A stretch of 64,000 bases of DNA from a candidate division FCPU426 bacterium (GCA_963738405.1 CAVTWJ010000021.1:1-64000); one strand, 5' to 3'; shown: positions 28,365 to 38,339, counted from the stretch's first letter. The notes: generated from the letters alone by a model not told the origin. Program-made: numbers and translations.

Positions 28365-29138
28365 ATGAACCCAGAAAATCAAAATGACCTGATCGTGGAC
28401 CAGTTCACGAAGCAGGCCGATTCCTTCGCCGACAGAATGACCTCCGACCCCTTCAACCAGCTTTCCATCGATCTTTTGCTCCAGCGGATTTCCCTTTCCG
28501 GGAAGGAATCGCTTCTCGACGCGGCTTGCGGCCCGGGCCTTTTGGCCTTAGGGCTCGCCCCCCTCGTGAAAAAGGTGACAGGACTAGACCTAGTTCCCGC
28601 CATGCTGGAAAAGGCGAAGGGTTACCAAGCGGAACGGGGAATCAATAATGTCGAATGGGTTTTAGGTGACGCGAACCGTCTTCCCTTCGAGGACCGGCAG
28701 TTCCACGGCGTTCTCAGTCGTTTCGCTTTGCATCCCACGCCCGATCCTCTTCAGTTGATGGACGAGATGAAGCGGGTGGTAAAAAAGGGCGGATGGGTCT
28801 GCGTGATCGATATCGCCCCCGCCGAGGACAAGGCGGAGGCCTTGAACCACATCGAGAAACTAAGGGACCCTTCACACACTTGGGCCCTATCGGTTCCCGA
28901 ATTGAAGGCCCTGGCTCGGGAAGCGGGATTGAAAAATCTCAGTTTTGATTTTTGCGGGTTGGAAAGAGACTTGGAAAACCAATTGGCCGGGTCCTTCCCC
29001 CAAGAGGGGGACGCGGAGAAAATCCGCCAGACCTTCGAGAGCGATTTGGGTGTCAATCATCTCGGCCTCCAAAGCCGCCGGGTGGGGAGCTCGATCCGCT
29101 ATACTTATCCCGTCACCCTGTTGGTGGGATACAAATAA
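28365..29138 (+). CDS. Class I SAM-dependent methyltransferase
   Basis: LLDAACGPG, GDANRLPF, LRDPSH. Confidence 0.88.
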   Translation: MNPENQNDLIVDQFTKQADSFADRMTSDPFNQLSIDLLLQRISLSGKESLLDAACGPGLLALGLAPLVKKVTGLDLVPAMLEKAKGYQAERGINNVEWVLGDANRLPFEDRQFHGVLSRFALHPTPDPLQLMDEMKRVVKKGGWVCVIDIAPAEDKAEALNHIEKLRDPSHTWALSVPELKALAREAGLKNLSFDFCGLERDLENQLAGSFPQEGDAEKIRQTFESDLGVNHLGLQSRRVGSSIRYTYPVTLLVGYK

Positions 29139-29151
29139 CCCTAGAGAGAAC

Positions 29152-29397
29152 ATGATGGAAACCCTTCCCTCCGGAACACCCCTCAACCCCTCCGCGGACC
29201 CCTCCAAGGATCAAGCCGAGCCGCGGATGAACATCGACATCTCGCCCCGAAAACCCGGCGAGCCGGTTCTTTATACCGGTCCCCATCTTTGCGTCACATG
29301 CGCCCAAGCCAACCGCATCACCAGCCAATATCTGAAGGCGGGAGAAACCGCTCCCGAATGCCCTCATTGCGGGTCTGAAGCCCTTTGGGAACCGTAA
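29152..29397 (+). CDS. Small zinc-ribbon/rubredoxin-like protein
   Basis: KPGE...GPHLCVTC..PECPHCG (two CxxC motifs). Confidence 0.6.
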   Translation: MMETLPSGTPLNPSADPSKDQAEPRMNIDISPRKPGEPVLYTGPHLCVTCAQANRITSQYLKAGETAPECPHCGSEALWEP

Positions 29398-29532
29398 ACG
29401 ATTCCTTTACTGTTTCTTTACCGCAATAGTTAAATGGATTCGGCCCGGCAGGGAAAGATTGCCAATTAGGGCCTTTTCCGAAATAATAAGCCTGTAATTG
29501 CTATGTAAATTCGCCGTATTTGAAGGAGCCGA

Positions 29533-30468
29533 ATGGCCCACGATTTCACCGTTACCTTCCGGGGGGTCCGGGGAAGCATTCCCGTGCCTGGTCCATCGAC
29601 GCTCAAAATCGGGGGCAATTCTTCCTGCGTTCAGGTGAATGTCCTTGATCACACCATTTTCCTAGACGCGGGCACAGGCATTGTGGCCGCCGGCCAGCAG
29701 ATGGTGCGAAATTTCTTCGCCAACCGTGACAAGATGAAGCGCTTGAACGTCACCATCCTGATTTCCCATACCCATCATGACCACATCATGGGCCTGCCCT
29801 TTTTCGCGCCCCTCTTCATCGGCGACTCCACCCTTTCCCTCTTCGGACCCTCGGTTTACGGCCCCGTGGGAAGCGATACCGGCTTGAAATTTGTGCTCGA
29901 AAGCCTCATGGACGGGATGTTTTTTCCTATCGACCTTATGGAAACCAACTCTCTCAAGCGCATCGAGACCCTGAAGCCCTTTGACCAGATCCTTTTGGAA
30001 CAGGGCGTGGGCGAACCGATCCTGGCCAACCCCCAGGCGGATATGAAGGTTTCCTTTAAGGACAAGGTCATCGTGACCCAATACCGCGCCTATAACCATC
30101 CCAAGAACGGCACCCTGGTTTACAAGCTTCAATACGCGGGTAAATCGATTGTCTATGCGACGGATTTGGAAGGTTACGCGGAAGGGGATAGGCGCCTGAT
30201 TCAATTTGCCAAGGGCGCGGACTTGCTGATTCACGACGCCCAATACACCACCGAGCAATATACCGGTGCGGTGACCACCCAGGGGTTCGGCCATTCCACC
30301 CCCGAGATGGCCTGCTTTGTGGCCAAGGAAGCCGGGGTCAAACAATTAGTTCTCTATCACCACGATCCCAACCACGATGACGCCATGATTGCCCGGAAGG
30401 AAGAAAACGCGAAGCGGAACTTCCTCAATACCGTTTGCGCGTACGAGGGGCTTACCATTCCTGTTTGA
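29533..30468 (+). CDS. MBL-fold metallo-hydrolase
   Basis: GVRGSIP, GGNSSCV, DAGTG, HTHHDH, HDAQY, GHS, HHDP. Confidence 0.9.
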   Translation: MAHDFTVTFRGVRGSIPVPGPSTLKIGGNSSCVQVNVLDHTIFLDAGTGIVAAGQQMVRNFFANRDKMKRLNVTILISHTHHDHIMGLPFFAPLFIGDSTLSLFGPSVYGPVGSDTGLKFVLESLMDGMFFPIDLMETNSLKRIETLKPFDQILLEQGVGEPILANPQADMKVSFKDKVIVTQYRAYNHPKNGTLVYKLQYAGKSIVYATDLEGYAEGDRRLIQFAKGADLLIHDAQYTTEQYTGAVTTQGFGHSTPEMACFVAKEAGVKQLVLYHHDPNHDDAMIARKEENAKRNFLNTVCAYEGLTIPV

Positions 30469-30512
30469 TGATGAAGCCCCGAAGTCCCCTTTTTGGGGAT
30501 GAAGGTTTAACA

Positions 30513-30809
30513 ATGAAAAACGCAAACGACGAAAATAATTTTATCGATTCATATAACGAGAAATTTAAAAACGCCTCCCATGTAATTGGCTTCATTACGA
30601 TTGTTATCTCCGTGATTGGTTCTGTTTTTATCACTTGGGAAAGCGTGAAATATATAAATCTTCACTTTAATTTTTTAGATAAATTTTCTTCCCTGGTGCT
30701 TATTTCACTCGCAATCGGCTCGGTTTCATTTTTATCTGTACTTTTTATTTCGACAATTTTATTTGGTCTGCTTATGAGAGGGACATATTTAACTTTTAAG
30801 AGACGATAG
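30513..30809 (+). CDS. AT-rich hypothetical two-TM membrane protein
   Basis: Open frame with two hydrophobic segments; much lower GC than the flanks. Confidence 0.5.
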   Translation: MKNANDENNFIDSYNEKFKNASHVIGFITIVISVIGSVFITWESVKYINLHFNFLDKFSSLVLISLAIGSVSFLSVLFISTILFGLLMRGTYLTFKRR

Positions 30810-30855
30810 ATGAACAATCACGATAAGCAACTCATTCAACACTCCATCTCTTACT

Positions 30856-30928
30856 TCAATTCGTCTTGTTCTTCTTGATCTTGTCCTGAAGATCCGCCAA
30901 CTCCTCGGCGGTGGGGGCAGGAGATGGA
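30856..30928 (-). repeat. Displaced duplicate of the 3' end of gene 31637-32317 (att-like direct repeat)
   Basis: TCAATTCGTCTT..TGATCTTGTCCTGAAGATCCGCCAACTCCTCGGCGGTGGG..GAGATGG recurs at 31637-31710. Confidence 0.9.
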
Positions 30929-30994
30929 CTCGCGTTTCTACCCTTCAATTTTAAATTGACGGAAAAGATCGGTCGAAAGCAAGGTTTCTATGGG

Positions 30995-31027
30995 TTGCAT
31001 TTAGCGTAATATTGAGTTAATTTACGC
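30995..31027 (+). promoter_or_regulatory. TA operon promoter with overlapping inverted-repeat operator
   Basis: TTGCAT-N17-TAATTT overlapped by GCGTAA-N12-TTACGC. Confidence 0.65.
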
Positions 31028-31046
31028 AAAGAGCTAAGGAGTTAAT

Positions 31047-31313
31047 ATGCCCAATATCAAATCCATTTCCAGTTTGAGAAACCACGCCCGGGAAATTTCC
31101 GCCCTCTGCCACAAGGAGGATGCCCCCGTTTTTTTAACCACTAATGGGGAAAGTGACTTGGTGGTTATGAGCATGAGCCACTACGATAAATTGCGCGCCC
31201 AACTGGATCTTTTCGAGAAACTCGCGGTGGCCCAGTCCCAATCCGTCGGCGGCAAAAAGGGCGTCACTCACGCGCAAATGATGCAAACCCTAAAACAACG
31301 GATCCATGCCTAA
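31047..31313 (+). CDS. Phd/YefM-family antitoxin
   Basis: MPNIKSISSLRN..EIS.LCH....PVFLT.NG..DLVVMS. Confidence 0.9.
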   Translation: MPNIKSISSLRNHAREISALCHKEDAPVFLTTNGESDLVVMSMSHYDKLRAQLDLFEKLAVAQSQSVGGKKGVTHAQMMQTLKQRIHA

Positions 31314-31611
31314 TAAATTTGAAATCCGCTATCTCCCCGCCGCCCAGAGTGATTTGATTTCCATTCTGGATTGGATCGCCCAGGATAGCCCTCCCCGAGC
31401 CTTGTCCTTCCTCGGAACCATCGACAAAAAAATCGGAAATCTTTCGCTCCATCCCCAAATGGGCTTAATTCCCAAAAACGAAAAATTGCGAGAACTCGGA
31501 TATCACGTTTTGGTCATACAGGATTATCTGGTTTTTTACATCATCCACGCGCAAACTGTCGTTATCCAGCGGGTACTGCATGGATCACGAGACTATACGG
31601 ACATCCTGTGA
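31306..31611 (+). CDS. RelE/ParE-family toxin
   Basis: AQSDL..I.DWIA.DSP..A..L..HP.MG..YLVFY..V.IQRVLHGSRD. Confidence 0.9.
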   Translation: MPNKFEIRYLPAAQSDLISILDWIAQDSPPRALSFLGTIDKKIGNLSLHPQMGLIPKNEKLRELGYHVLVIQDYLVFYIIHAQTVVIQRVLHGSRDYTDIL

Positions 31612-31636
31612 TTTCGTTAAAACCAAGACCCTAAAC

Positions 31637-32317
31637 TCAATTCGTCTTATTTTTTCTGATCTTGTCCTGAAGATCCGCCAACTCCTCGGCGGTGGGTGGC
31701 AAGAGATGGGCCCTCATCTCTTCCATTTGGCTGGAAACATCAAATAACACCGACCACATTTCTTCCCTCTGGAAGGAATCCTGATTCAGGAAATATTGCA
31801 GGAACAACTGAAACCTCACGCAGTTTTCATACAGGTCCACGCAAGGAATTTCCGAAAGGTCCGCGCTTACGAGGGAGAAGGATCTCAAAAGCACTTCCAC
31901 CTCGTCAATCACGCCCTTGAGCAGGGTTCTTAAATCGACACCCTGAATGACGTCGTAATAAACCGTGTCGAAGGTGTCTTGTTCCAGGCTTTCCCGAACC
32001 TTCCCGTCAAAGCGCTTGAAGAGTTCCTGAAATTTCCGTCCCTCTTCCTGCAAAATTTTAACCAGGTCCACCAGCTGAAGAATCTTGGGTAAAAAGTTTT
32101 CCCGGTCCAGTTCCAAGGTCGAGGCCAGCTGGTGGATGTATTGGATGTAATCGTAGGTGGTTTGGGCGCAAGCCCGCAGGGCCACCGAAATTTCCCCGGA
32201 CATCTCCTCGGGGACCTTGCCCTTCTTGAGTTGGGCAAGGACCCTTTGGGTAAAATCATCCCCCGGTTCCCAGGCCTTCAGGTTGTCCATCAATTGTTGG
32301 GGAGTGAGTTCTTCCAT
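31637..32317 (-). CDS. Hypothetical helical protein
   Basis: 226-aa ORF with host-like codon usage, coupled to the PHP gene. Confidence 0.75.
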   Translation of the reverse strand: MEELTPQQLMDNLKAWEPGDDFTQRVLAQLKKGKVPEEMSGEISVALRACAQTTYDYIQYIHQLASTLELDRENFLPKILQLVDLVKILQEEGRKFQELFKRFDGKVRESLEQDTFDTVYYDVIQGVDLRTLLKGVIDEVEVLLRSFSLVSADLSEIPCVDLYENCVRFQLFLQYFLNQDSFQREEMWSVLFDVSSQMEEMRAHLLPPTAEELADLQDKIRKNKTN

Positions 32318-33183
32318 TAAACCCGGTTTTCTCGGCGCCTTTGCGCGATTCTTTCCCGAAGCTTTTCGATATTTTCATAGGGCGGGCGGCCCTGACCCAA
32401 TTGAATGCCCGGTTTGTGTTTGCCGTGGAAGTCGCTGCCGCCGGTCGTCAGGAGGCCGAATTCCTTGGCCAAATCCCCAAAGATCTGCCGGTCCTCGGGT
32501 TTGTGGTCGGGATGGATCACTTCCAGCCCGTCCAGTCCCATCTCCGCCAACTCGGCCACCTTTTGTTTCAGATCCATTCCCTGTAACTTCATTTGGATAG
32601 GGTGGGCCACCACCGCGGCCCCGCCCGACTCGTGGATCATGTCGATGCATTCCTTCGCTTCCCAGGAAGCTTTGGTCACATAGGCGGGAGCGCCCTTGGT
32701 GAGATACTTGCGAAAGGCTTGGTCGTAACTTTCTACATAGCCCTTGGCCTCCAGGGCCTTGGCGATATGGGGCCGACCGACCTGACCTTGAGCGTGGGAA
32801 AGTTCGGTGACTTCTTCCATGGTCAGGGGCATCCCCAGGGCTTTCAGCTTTTCCAAAATAAGTGGATTTCGTTCGGCTCTGGCCCTTTGAAAAATCTCCA
32901 ACCTTTGGGCGATCGGCCCTTTAAAGTCGAATCCATAACCCAAAATATGAAGGGTCCCGGGGGAAAATTTGGCGGACAACTCAACACCGGGCATAACTTC
33001 CAGGCCTTCCCGTTCGGCCTCCCGAATCAGGTCCTCGAGCCCCGAAACGGTATCGTGGTCGGTCAAGGCCACCGCGTCCACGGCTTGTTCCCGGGCAAGA
33101 AGGGCCAGTTCCTTAGGGGTCAGGGTCCCATCGGAATGGTTGGTGTGCATGTGAAGGTCGGCGACGGTTTTCATTGAGGGCAC
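32317..33183 (-). CDS. PHP-domain phosphoesterase (TrpH/YciV-like)
   Basis: DLHMHTNHSDG, TDHD, GRPHIA, AHP, GGSDFHG. Confidence 0.92.
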   Translation of the reverse strand: MPSMKTVADLHMHTNHSDGTLTPKELALLAREQAVDAVALTDHDTVSGLEDLIREAEREGLEVMPGVELSAKFSPGTLHILGYGFDFKGPIAQRLEIFQRARAERNPLILEKLKALGMPLTMEEVTELSHAQGQVGRPHIAKALEAKGYVESYDQAFRKYLTKGAPAYVTKASWEAKECIDMIHESGGAAVVAHPIQMKLQGMDLKQKVAELAEMGLDGLEVIHPDHKPEDRQIFGDLAKEFGLLTTGGSDFHGKHKPGIQLGQGRPPYENIEKLRERIAQRRRENRV

Positions 33184-33211
33184 ATTATAAGGGGGTCTTT
33201 CGAAATAAAAA

Positions 33212-35494
33212 TCAGGTTCTATGGCGGAAAAGTCCAGGCAGAGCGAACCCGCAAAGCATTAGATAGAGGGCTAAACCAATAAAGGAAATCCATTTTCCGG
33301 CCTCAAAGGCCGCGGGGCGGTATTCCAAAAGAAACTGCTGGCTTCCCGCCTGAAGGGGAATCCCCCTTAAAAAACCGTCCGCGGGAAGAACTTTAAAAGT
33401 TTGTTGGGAGGAACTTGCCAGGGCGGTAGCCCTCCAGCTCCGGCTGTAATTATCGGTAATGACCAGAACCGCGGGTTTATTCAGGGTCGCGGTAATTTCC
33501 ATTTCATCGCTTGTCAGGTCCCTCACTTGAACCTGGGATTGCAGTGGACCAGGCTGGGTGCTGATTCCAGGTTCCGTCTCTAAATAAACATTCTTGCCCC
33601 AATCAAACCCCGGTTTGGCCGAATTCTGAATGGCCTGGTCCATCGGTTCCAGGGTCCAGTGATCGGCAAAAAAAGCCCGGGGAGCCACCTTCCAGGGGGT
33701 CTTATCCGCCGTCAATCCATCCCCCTTAACACCCAAGGTATAACGCAGGCGCAAAAGGCCTAATGCGGAGGTGAAATGGTTGAAATTGCTTTTCATCATG
33801 AAGGCAGTGTCCGCGTCGCATTGCTCCACCGCCGCGGCGAATTTGGCGTAGCGGTTGGGAACAACCGGGTCGTCGCCCCAAATGTCGAAACCCTGGGTGC
33901 CCAGGGTGTAATTGTTGGAATCCGCCAGCACCCGGTAGCGTCCCGAATCGCCCAGTACCCGGTAATCTCCCGGGTCGCTTTGGTAGAGTTTCTCCACGAC
34001 GTCGGCCTTAGCCTGGATAGCTTGGTAATCAAAATAAGGCCGGGTGCTCCAGGCAAACAGAAAGGGTTCAAGGCAGGCGAGGGCAACCAGTGCTAACCGA
34101 AATTGGGGGCGATTGGGAATCATCCGGCAGAGAAGATAAAGCGTTCCCAGCACCAAGCTTCCTCTCAAGAGGCTTAAGGCCATCCCTTCGGCGTGGGAAG
34201 CGAATTTCGCGAACAGCGCGCCGTTATTAAAAAAGGAAGCACCGACAAAAATAAGCGTTAGGGCGCCCATGACCGACAACCCTATTCCTAATGGTTTGAT
34301 CCACCGGGACGCTTGGGCCGGGTCCTTCAAGACCTGGTCCAGCCCCATCGCCGCCAGGGCGATCAGGCAAAGGCTGATGAGGATATCCACCTTGCCCACT
34401 CCCCGAAAGGACGCGAAGAGCGGGAACCAGTGGTAGAAGGCCACGAACAAGGGGGTCCGCTTCCCCACCGCCAATAGGGTGAGGAAAAGCGCTGTGAAGG
34501 AGAAGAACTTTTTTTGCGGCTGGCTGGGAGAATTTAAACCGAAGAGGGCTAAAACAAAACCCGTGAGCCCAAGGATGACCACCCCTTCCCAATAAAAGCC
34601 CCCGCCCCAATAGTCGCCCCAATGGCCGAAGAAATTGGGCCAGACCAGGCACCAAAGCCTCTCCGGGGTCATGTCCGCGATGTCCACGATATCTATCGGC
34701 AGTTTGTGGTTGCGCAAACTTTCGCCCGCCGCGTCCCAGCCCGCCAAGACCTGCACCGCGCCGATCAAACCCCCTCCCAGGCCCATCAAAACAAATCCGT
34801 ATAGGAAGGACATCTTCTTTTGAGCGGGCAGGGTGCAAACCGCGTAGACCCCGGTAAAGATCGCGGTGTAGTAGAGGTACTGGACGTGCCCCGCGAAGAC
34901 TTGCATGGCAAAACCCGCTATCCCCAATAAGACCCAATGGAATTTTTGCTCCAGCCGGTAGCCGTCGATCGCCAGAAGGATAAAGGGAATCCAAACCATC
35001 TCGCAAAGATTAGGGAGATGCCCGGGCACGATGCGGATGAAATAGGCCCCCCCAAACATGAAGAGGAACCCCGCCGTCAGGGCGCTTAACGAATGGGAAC
35101 CCCTTTTGAGAATCCAGAAATAGGTGAAGACCCCCCCGAGGAAAACATGCAGGGCGATTCCGAAATTGACCGCGAAGGGCAGGGGCAAAACTAGGTAAAG
35201 CCAGTTGGGGGGATAGAGCAGGGCCGATTGAAAATCGCCGAAAAAGGGCGCCCCGCAGAAAAGCCGGGGGTTCCAAAGGGCCAAATGCCCCTTGGCCAGC
35301 TCTCCAAAACCGAACTTCCTCCACCAGAGGGACTGGTTGGCCAGGTCATCGGCGGCCTTGGAAAGGATCTTGTACCCCCAGGGGTTCAAGAAGGGAGCGA
35401 ACAGAATCAGGGTGGCGGCCAAAAGAATGCCCAAGGCCCAACAGGCAGGAAGGTGGAGGCTCTCAGGGTTAACTCGGACGGATTTTCGGGTCAT
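33212..35494 (-). CDS. YfhO-like polytopic membrane protein (putative GT-C glycosyltransferase)
   Basis: DDL..LWNP..FCGAPF....QSALLYPPNW, many TM helices, C-terminal LVITDNY..W.A..ADGFLRG..YRP. Confidence 0.8.
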   Translation of the reverse strand: MTRKSVRVNPESLHLPACWALGILLAATLILFAPFLNPWGYKILSKAADDLANQSLWWRKFGFGELAKGHLALWNPRLFCGAPFFGDFQSALLYPPNWLYLVLPLPFAVNFGIALHVFLGGVFTYFWILKRGSHSLSALTAGFLFMFGGAYFIRIVPGHLPNLCEMVWIPFILLAIDGYRLEQKFHWVLLGIAGFAMQVFAGHVQYLYYTAIFTGVYAVCTLPAQKKMSFLYGFVLMGLGGGLIGAVQVLAGWDAAGESLRNHKLPIDIVDIADMTPERLWCLVWPNFFGHWGDYWGGGFYWEGVVILGLTGFVLALFGLNSPSQPQKKFFSFTALFLTLLAVGKRTPLFVAFYHWFPLFASFRGVGKVDILISLCLIALAAMGLDQVLKDPAQASRWIKPLGIGLSVMGALTLIFVGASFFNNGALFAKFASHAEGMALSLLRGSLVLGTLYLLCRMIPNRPQFRLALVALACLEPFLFAWSTRPYFDYQAIQAKADVVEKLYQSDPGDYRVLGDSGRYRVLADSNNYTLGTQGFDIWGDDPVVPNRYAKFAAAVEQCDADTAFMMKSNFNHFTSALGLLRLRYTLGVKGDGLTADKTPWKVAPRAFFADHWTLEPMDQAIQNSAKPGFDWGKNVYLETEPGISTQPGPLQSQVQVRDLTSDEMEITATLNKPAVLVITDNYSRSWRATALASSSQQTFKVLPADGFLRGIPLQAGSQQFLLEYRPAAFEAGKWISFIGLALYLMLCGFALPGLFRHRT

Positions 35495-37707
35495 ATCAAT
35501 TTCTTTCGGACGTTCCATATCAACAGCGGAATAAAGAGGAACCAGGAGGCTAAGGAAATCCACTTGCCCGCCTCAAAGCCCTCCGGCCGGTACTCTAACA
35601 GAAAATGCTGGTTGCCAGGCTCAAGGGGAACGGCCCTTAAAAAACCGTCGGCGGGCAATACCTGAAATGATTTTTGCTGAGAATCAGAAATAGGAGCCGC
35701 CCTCCAGCCTCGGCTGTAATTATCCGTGATGACCAAAACCGTGCTCGCCGGGCAGTGGGCTGTGACTTCCATGGCATCCGTAGAGAGGTCTTTCACTTCA
35801 ACCGAACCCCCTTTAACCTTTCCCGCTTGGGGAATGCCAGGGTCCGATTCCAAATAAACCAGGCCCTTGGGATTGAAATGTTTATCCGTCACTTTCGATA
35901 TCACCGAATCGGGGCTCACCACTTCATAGCGTCCCGCCAGGAAGGCCCTGGGCATTTCGAGGGTCGAAGCCTTGTGCTTTTGGTAATGGTCCCCCTCGTC
36001 CCGGAACACATAGCGCAGCCGGACCAACCCCCGAATAAGCGCCTGGGTTCCATCTTCTTTCGGCGACTCCACATAGTTCGTGTACCGAGCGGTCACGGCC
36101 GGATCATCCCCCCAAATATCCAGGGCCCCGGCGCCCAGTGAATAATCTTTCTTCGTGGCGAAAACACGGTAATCACCCTTCTCGGTCGCGTAACAATCCC
36201 GAAGGACCTGGGTCTTTTGGGCCTGGACCGTGAAATCGAAAGAAGGAAGGTTGTTGTGCGCGAAAAAGAAAAGCTCCGACAGGGCGAGGAGCAGGAAACC
36301 GTAACGGAAAAGGGGCCTACGTCTGGCGGCCCAAGCGGTCCAAGACAGGGCGCCCAGCGTCAGTCCGGCGATGGAACATTTGAGGGCGATATCGCCCGAG
36401 TGGTTTCCATAATGGTGAAAGAAGGCGGAATCCGGCGGGATCAGCCCGATCACCAGACCCAGACCTAAGAAAGAAACACAGGCTCCCAGTAATAACTTAT
36501 GGAATTTTTCCATCGAGGGCGGATGGTTCATCACCTCGTCCAACCCCATGACCGCCAGGGCAGCCAGGCATAGGGATATCAATATGTTGAATTTGCCGAT
36601 GCCCCTGAAATGGGAAAAAAGCGGAACGAACCGGAAGAAGAAAGGAAGAAGCGGCCCCCTTTTCCCAATGGCCAGGAGGATTAGGATCAGCCCCAAAAAT
36701 CCGAAGGTGCGCTTTTGGGGATGTTCAGACCGGAACAGCGCGAACAGGGCAGCCGAAAATACGGTCAAACCGGTGGCCAGACCCCCTTCCCAGAAAAGTC
36801 CCCCGCCCCAGTAGCTGTTCCAATCGCCGTACAGGTTCGGCATGAAAAGGCACCACAGCCTTTCGGGCGTCAGGTCGGCGGCATTGACGTAATCCATCGT
36901 CATGGTCCCGCCCCGGGCGCTTTCGAAGGCCGCGTCCCACCCGGCGAAAAGCTGAACGGCCGAAAGCAATAAGGCCCCGCTGAACATCAACCCCAATCCG
37001 CACAGGTAGGAGGTCTTTCTCTTAACCCCCGACAAGTCCATCAAGATATAGAGGGAAAGCGCCAGCAGGGTGTAATAGACGTATTGGATGTGGCCGGAAA
37101 ATACTTGGAGCGCCAGCGCCGCCATGCCGATACCTAAGGAAAAGACGTCCCTTTTGTCCCGGTAGCGGTCCACCGCCATAAAAATAAGGGGGATCCAAAC
37201 CATCGCGCAAAGGTTCGAGAGGTGCCCCGGAACCAGGTGGAGAAAATAGGCTCCGCCCCACATGAAAGAGAATGAAACCACAAGGGCTGATTCCCACCGG
37301 GCGCCCCGGTTCCCCGCCCAGAGGTAGGTGAACCATCCCGCCATAAACACATGCAGAACGATGGAAAGGTTGACCGCGAAGGGCAGGGGCAGAACCATGA
37401 AAAGCCAATTCGGGGGATATAGCAGGGCCGATTGGAACCCGCCGAAGAAGGGTTCCCCGCAGTAGAGGTAGGGGTTCCAAAGGGCTAGATGGCCCTTTTT
37501 GAGTTCGTCAAAACCAAACTGGCGCCACCAAAGGAATTGGCCGGAGAGGTCCTGTCCGTCGCTGGAAATGACCCAATGGGTCGAGGGGGAAAGAAACCAC
37601 CAAAAGAGGACCAGGTTGGCGATGGCTAAAAAGGCAGTCGCCAGCCAAAAGACCTGGCGGTTAGAGAGAAGGGTTTTAACTTGGGGAAAGGGGTCTGTGG
37701 GAGTCAC
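35491..37707 (-). CDS. YfhO-like polytopic membrane protein, tandem paralog
   Basis: Same motifs (LWNPYLYCGEPF..QSALLYPPNW); 4-nt overlaps with both neighbours. Confidence 0.8.
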   Translation of the reverse strand: MTPTDPFPQVKTLLSNRQVFWLATAFLAIANLVLFWWFLSPSTHWVISSDGQDLSGQFLWWRQFGFDELKKGHLALWNPYLYCGEPFFGGFQSALLYPPNWLFMVLPLPFAVNLSIVLHVFMAGWFTYLWAGNRGARWESALVVSFSFMWGGAYFLHLVPGHLSNLCAMVWIPLIFMAVDRYRDKRDVFSLGIGMAALALQVFSGHIQYVYYTLLALSLYILMDLSGVKRKTSYLCGLGLMFSGALLLSAVQLFAGWDAAFESARGGTMTMDYVNAADLTPERLWCLFMPNLYGDWNSYWGGGLFWEGGLATGLTVFSAALFALFRSEHPQKRTFGFLGLILILLAIGKRGPLLPFFFRFVPLFSHFRGIGKFNILISLCLAALAVMGLDEVMNHPPSMEKFHKLLLGACVSFLGLGLVIGLIPPDSAFFHHYGNHSGDIALKCSIAGLTLGALSWTAWAARRRPLFRYGFLLLALSELFFFAHNNLPSFDFTVQAQKTQVLRDCYATEKGDYRVFATKKDYSLGAGALDIWGDDPAVTARYTNYVESPKEDGTQALIRGLVRLRYVFRDEGDHYQKHKASTLEMPRAFLAGRYEVVSPDSVISKVTDKHFNPKGLVYLESDPGIPQAGKVKGGSVEVKDLSTDAMEVTAHCPASTVLVITDNYSRGWRAAPISDSQQKSFQVLPADGFLRAVPLEPGNQHFLLEYRPEGFEAGKWISLASWFLFIPLLIWNVRKKLI

Positions 37708-38243
37708 TTAGAGGCAAGATAGCCCAGTTCTTCCAATTTCTTAATCACTTTTTCGACGCTTTGTTCCACCGTTTCCTTGTCCGTATGGCACACCACCTCG
37801 GGGTTCAAGGGGGCCTCATAGGGGTCGTCCACCCCTGTGAAATGCTTGATTTCGCCCTTCATGGCCTTTTGATAGAGGCCCTTCAGGTCCCTTTGGGCGC
37901 AGACTTCCAGGGGGCAGTCGGCAAAGACCTCGACGAATTTCTGGATCTTGGCGCGGTTGTGGTCCCTCGCCTCCCGATAGGGTGAAATGACGGAGGCGAT
38001 GGCGTTCACCCCGTGCCGGTTCAAAAGCTGGCAAACAAAACCCACCCTTTTCACGTTCTCATCGCGGTCTTCCCTGGAAAAGCCCAACCCCTTGGAAAGA
38101 TGGGTACGGACAATATCCCCATCCAGCGTCTCGTGGGGAATTTTCAGTTCTTCCATCTTGAGGGCCACCCGCTCGGAGATGGTGGATTTGCCCGAACCGG
38201 AGAGTCCCGTGAACCATAGGGTGAAGCCTTTAGACTCTTGCAT
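37704..38243 (-). CDS. cysC: Adenylyl-sulfate kinase
   Basis: WFTGLSGSGKST, LDGD.VR..L..GLGFSREDR, ISPY, FTGVDDPYE. Confidence 0.95.
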   Translation of the reverse strand: MQESKGFTLWFTGLSGSGKSTISERVALKMEELKIPHETLDGDIVRTHLSKGLGFSREDRDENVKRVGFVCQLLNRHGVNAIASVISPYREARDHNRAKIQKFVEVFADCPLEVCAQRDLKGLYQKAMKGEIKHFTGVDDPYEAPLNPEVVCHTDKETVEQSVEKVIKKLEELGYLASK

Positions 38244-38339
38244 GAAAAGAAAACCGCCTTTGATGGAATATGCCCCAAACTAACACGCCCTCCGAATGAA
38301 CTCAAGCAAGCCCATGTCCTGAAGTATTTCTCACAGGGC

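Noticed and set aside
33919..33973. 27-nt in-frame tandem duplication (GDYRVLGDS/GRYRVLADS) in a YfhO gene
   Set aside because: Real but a minor loop duplication with no sign of a wider system
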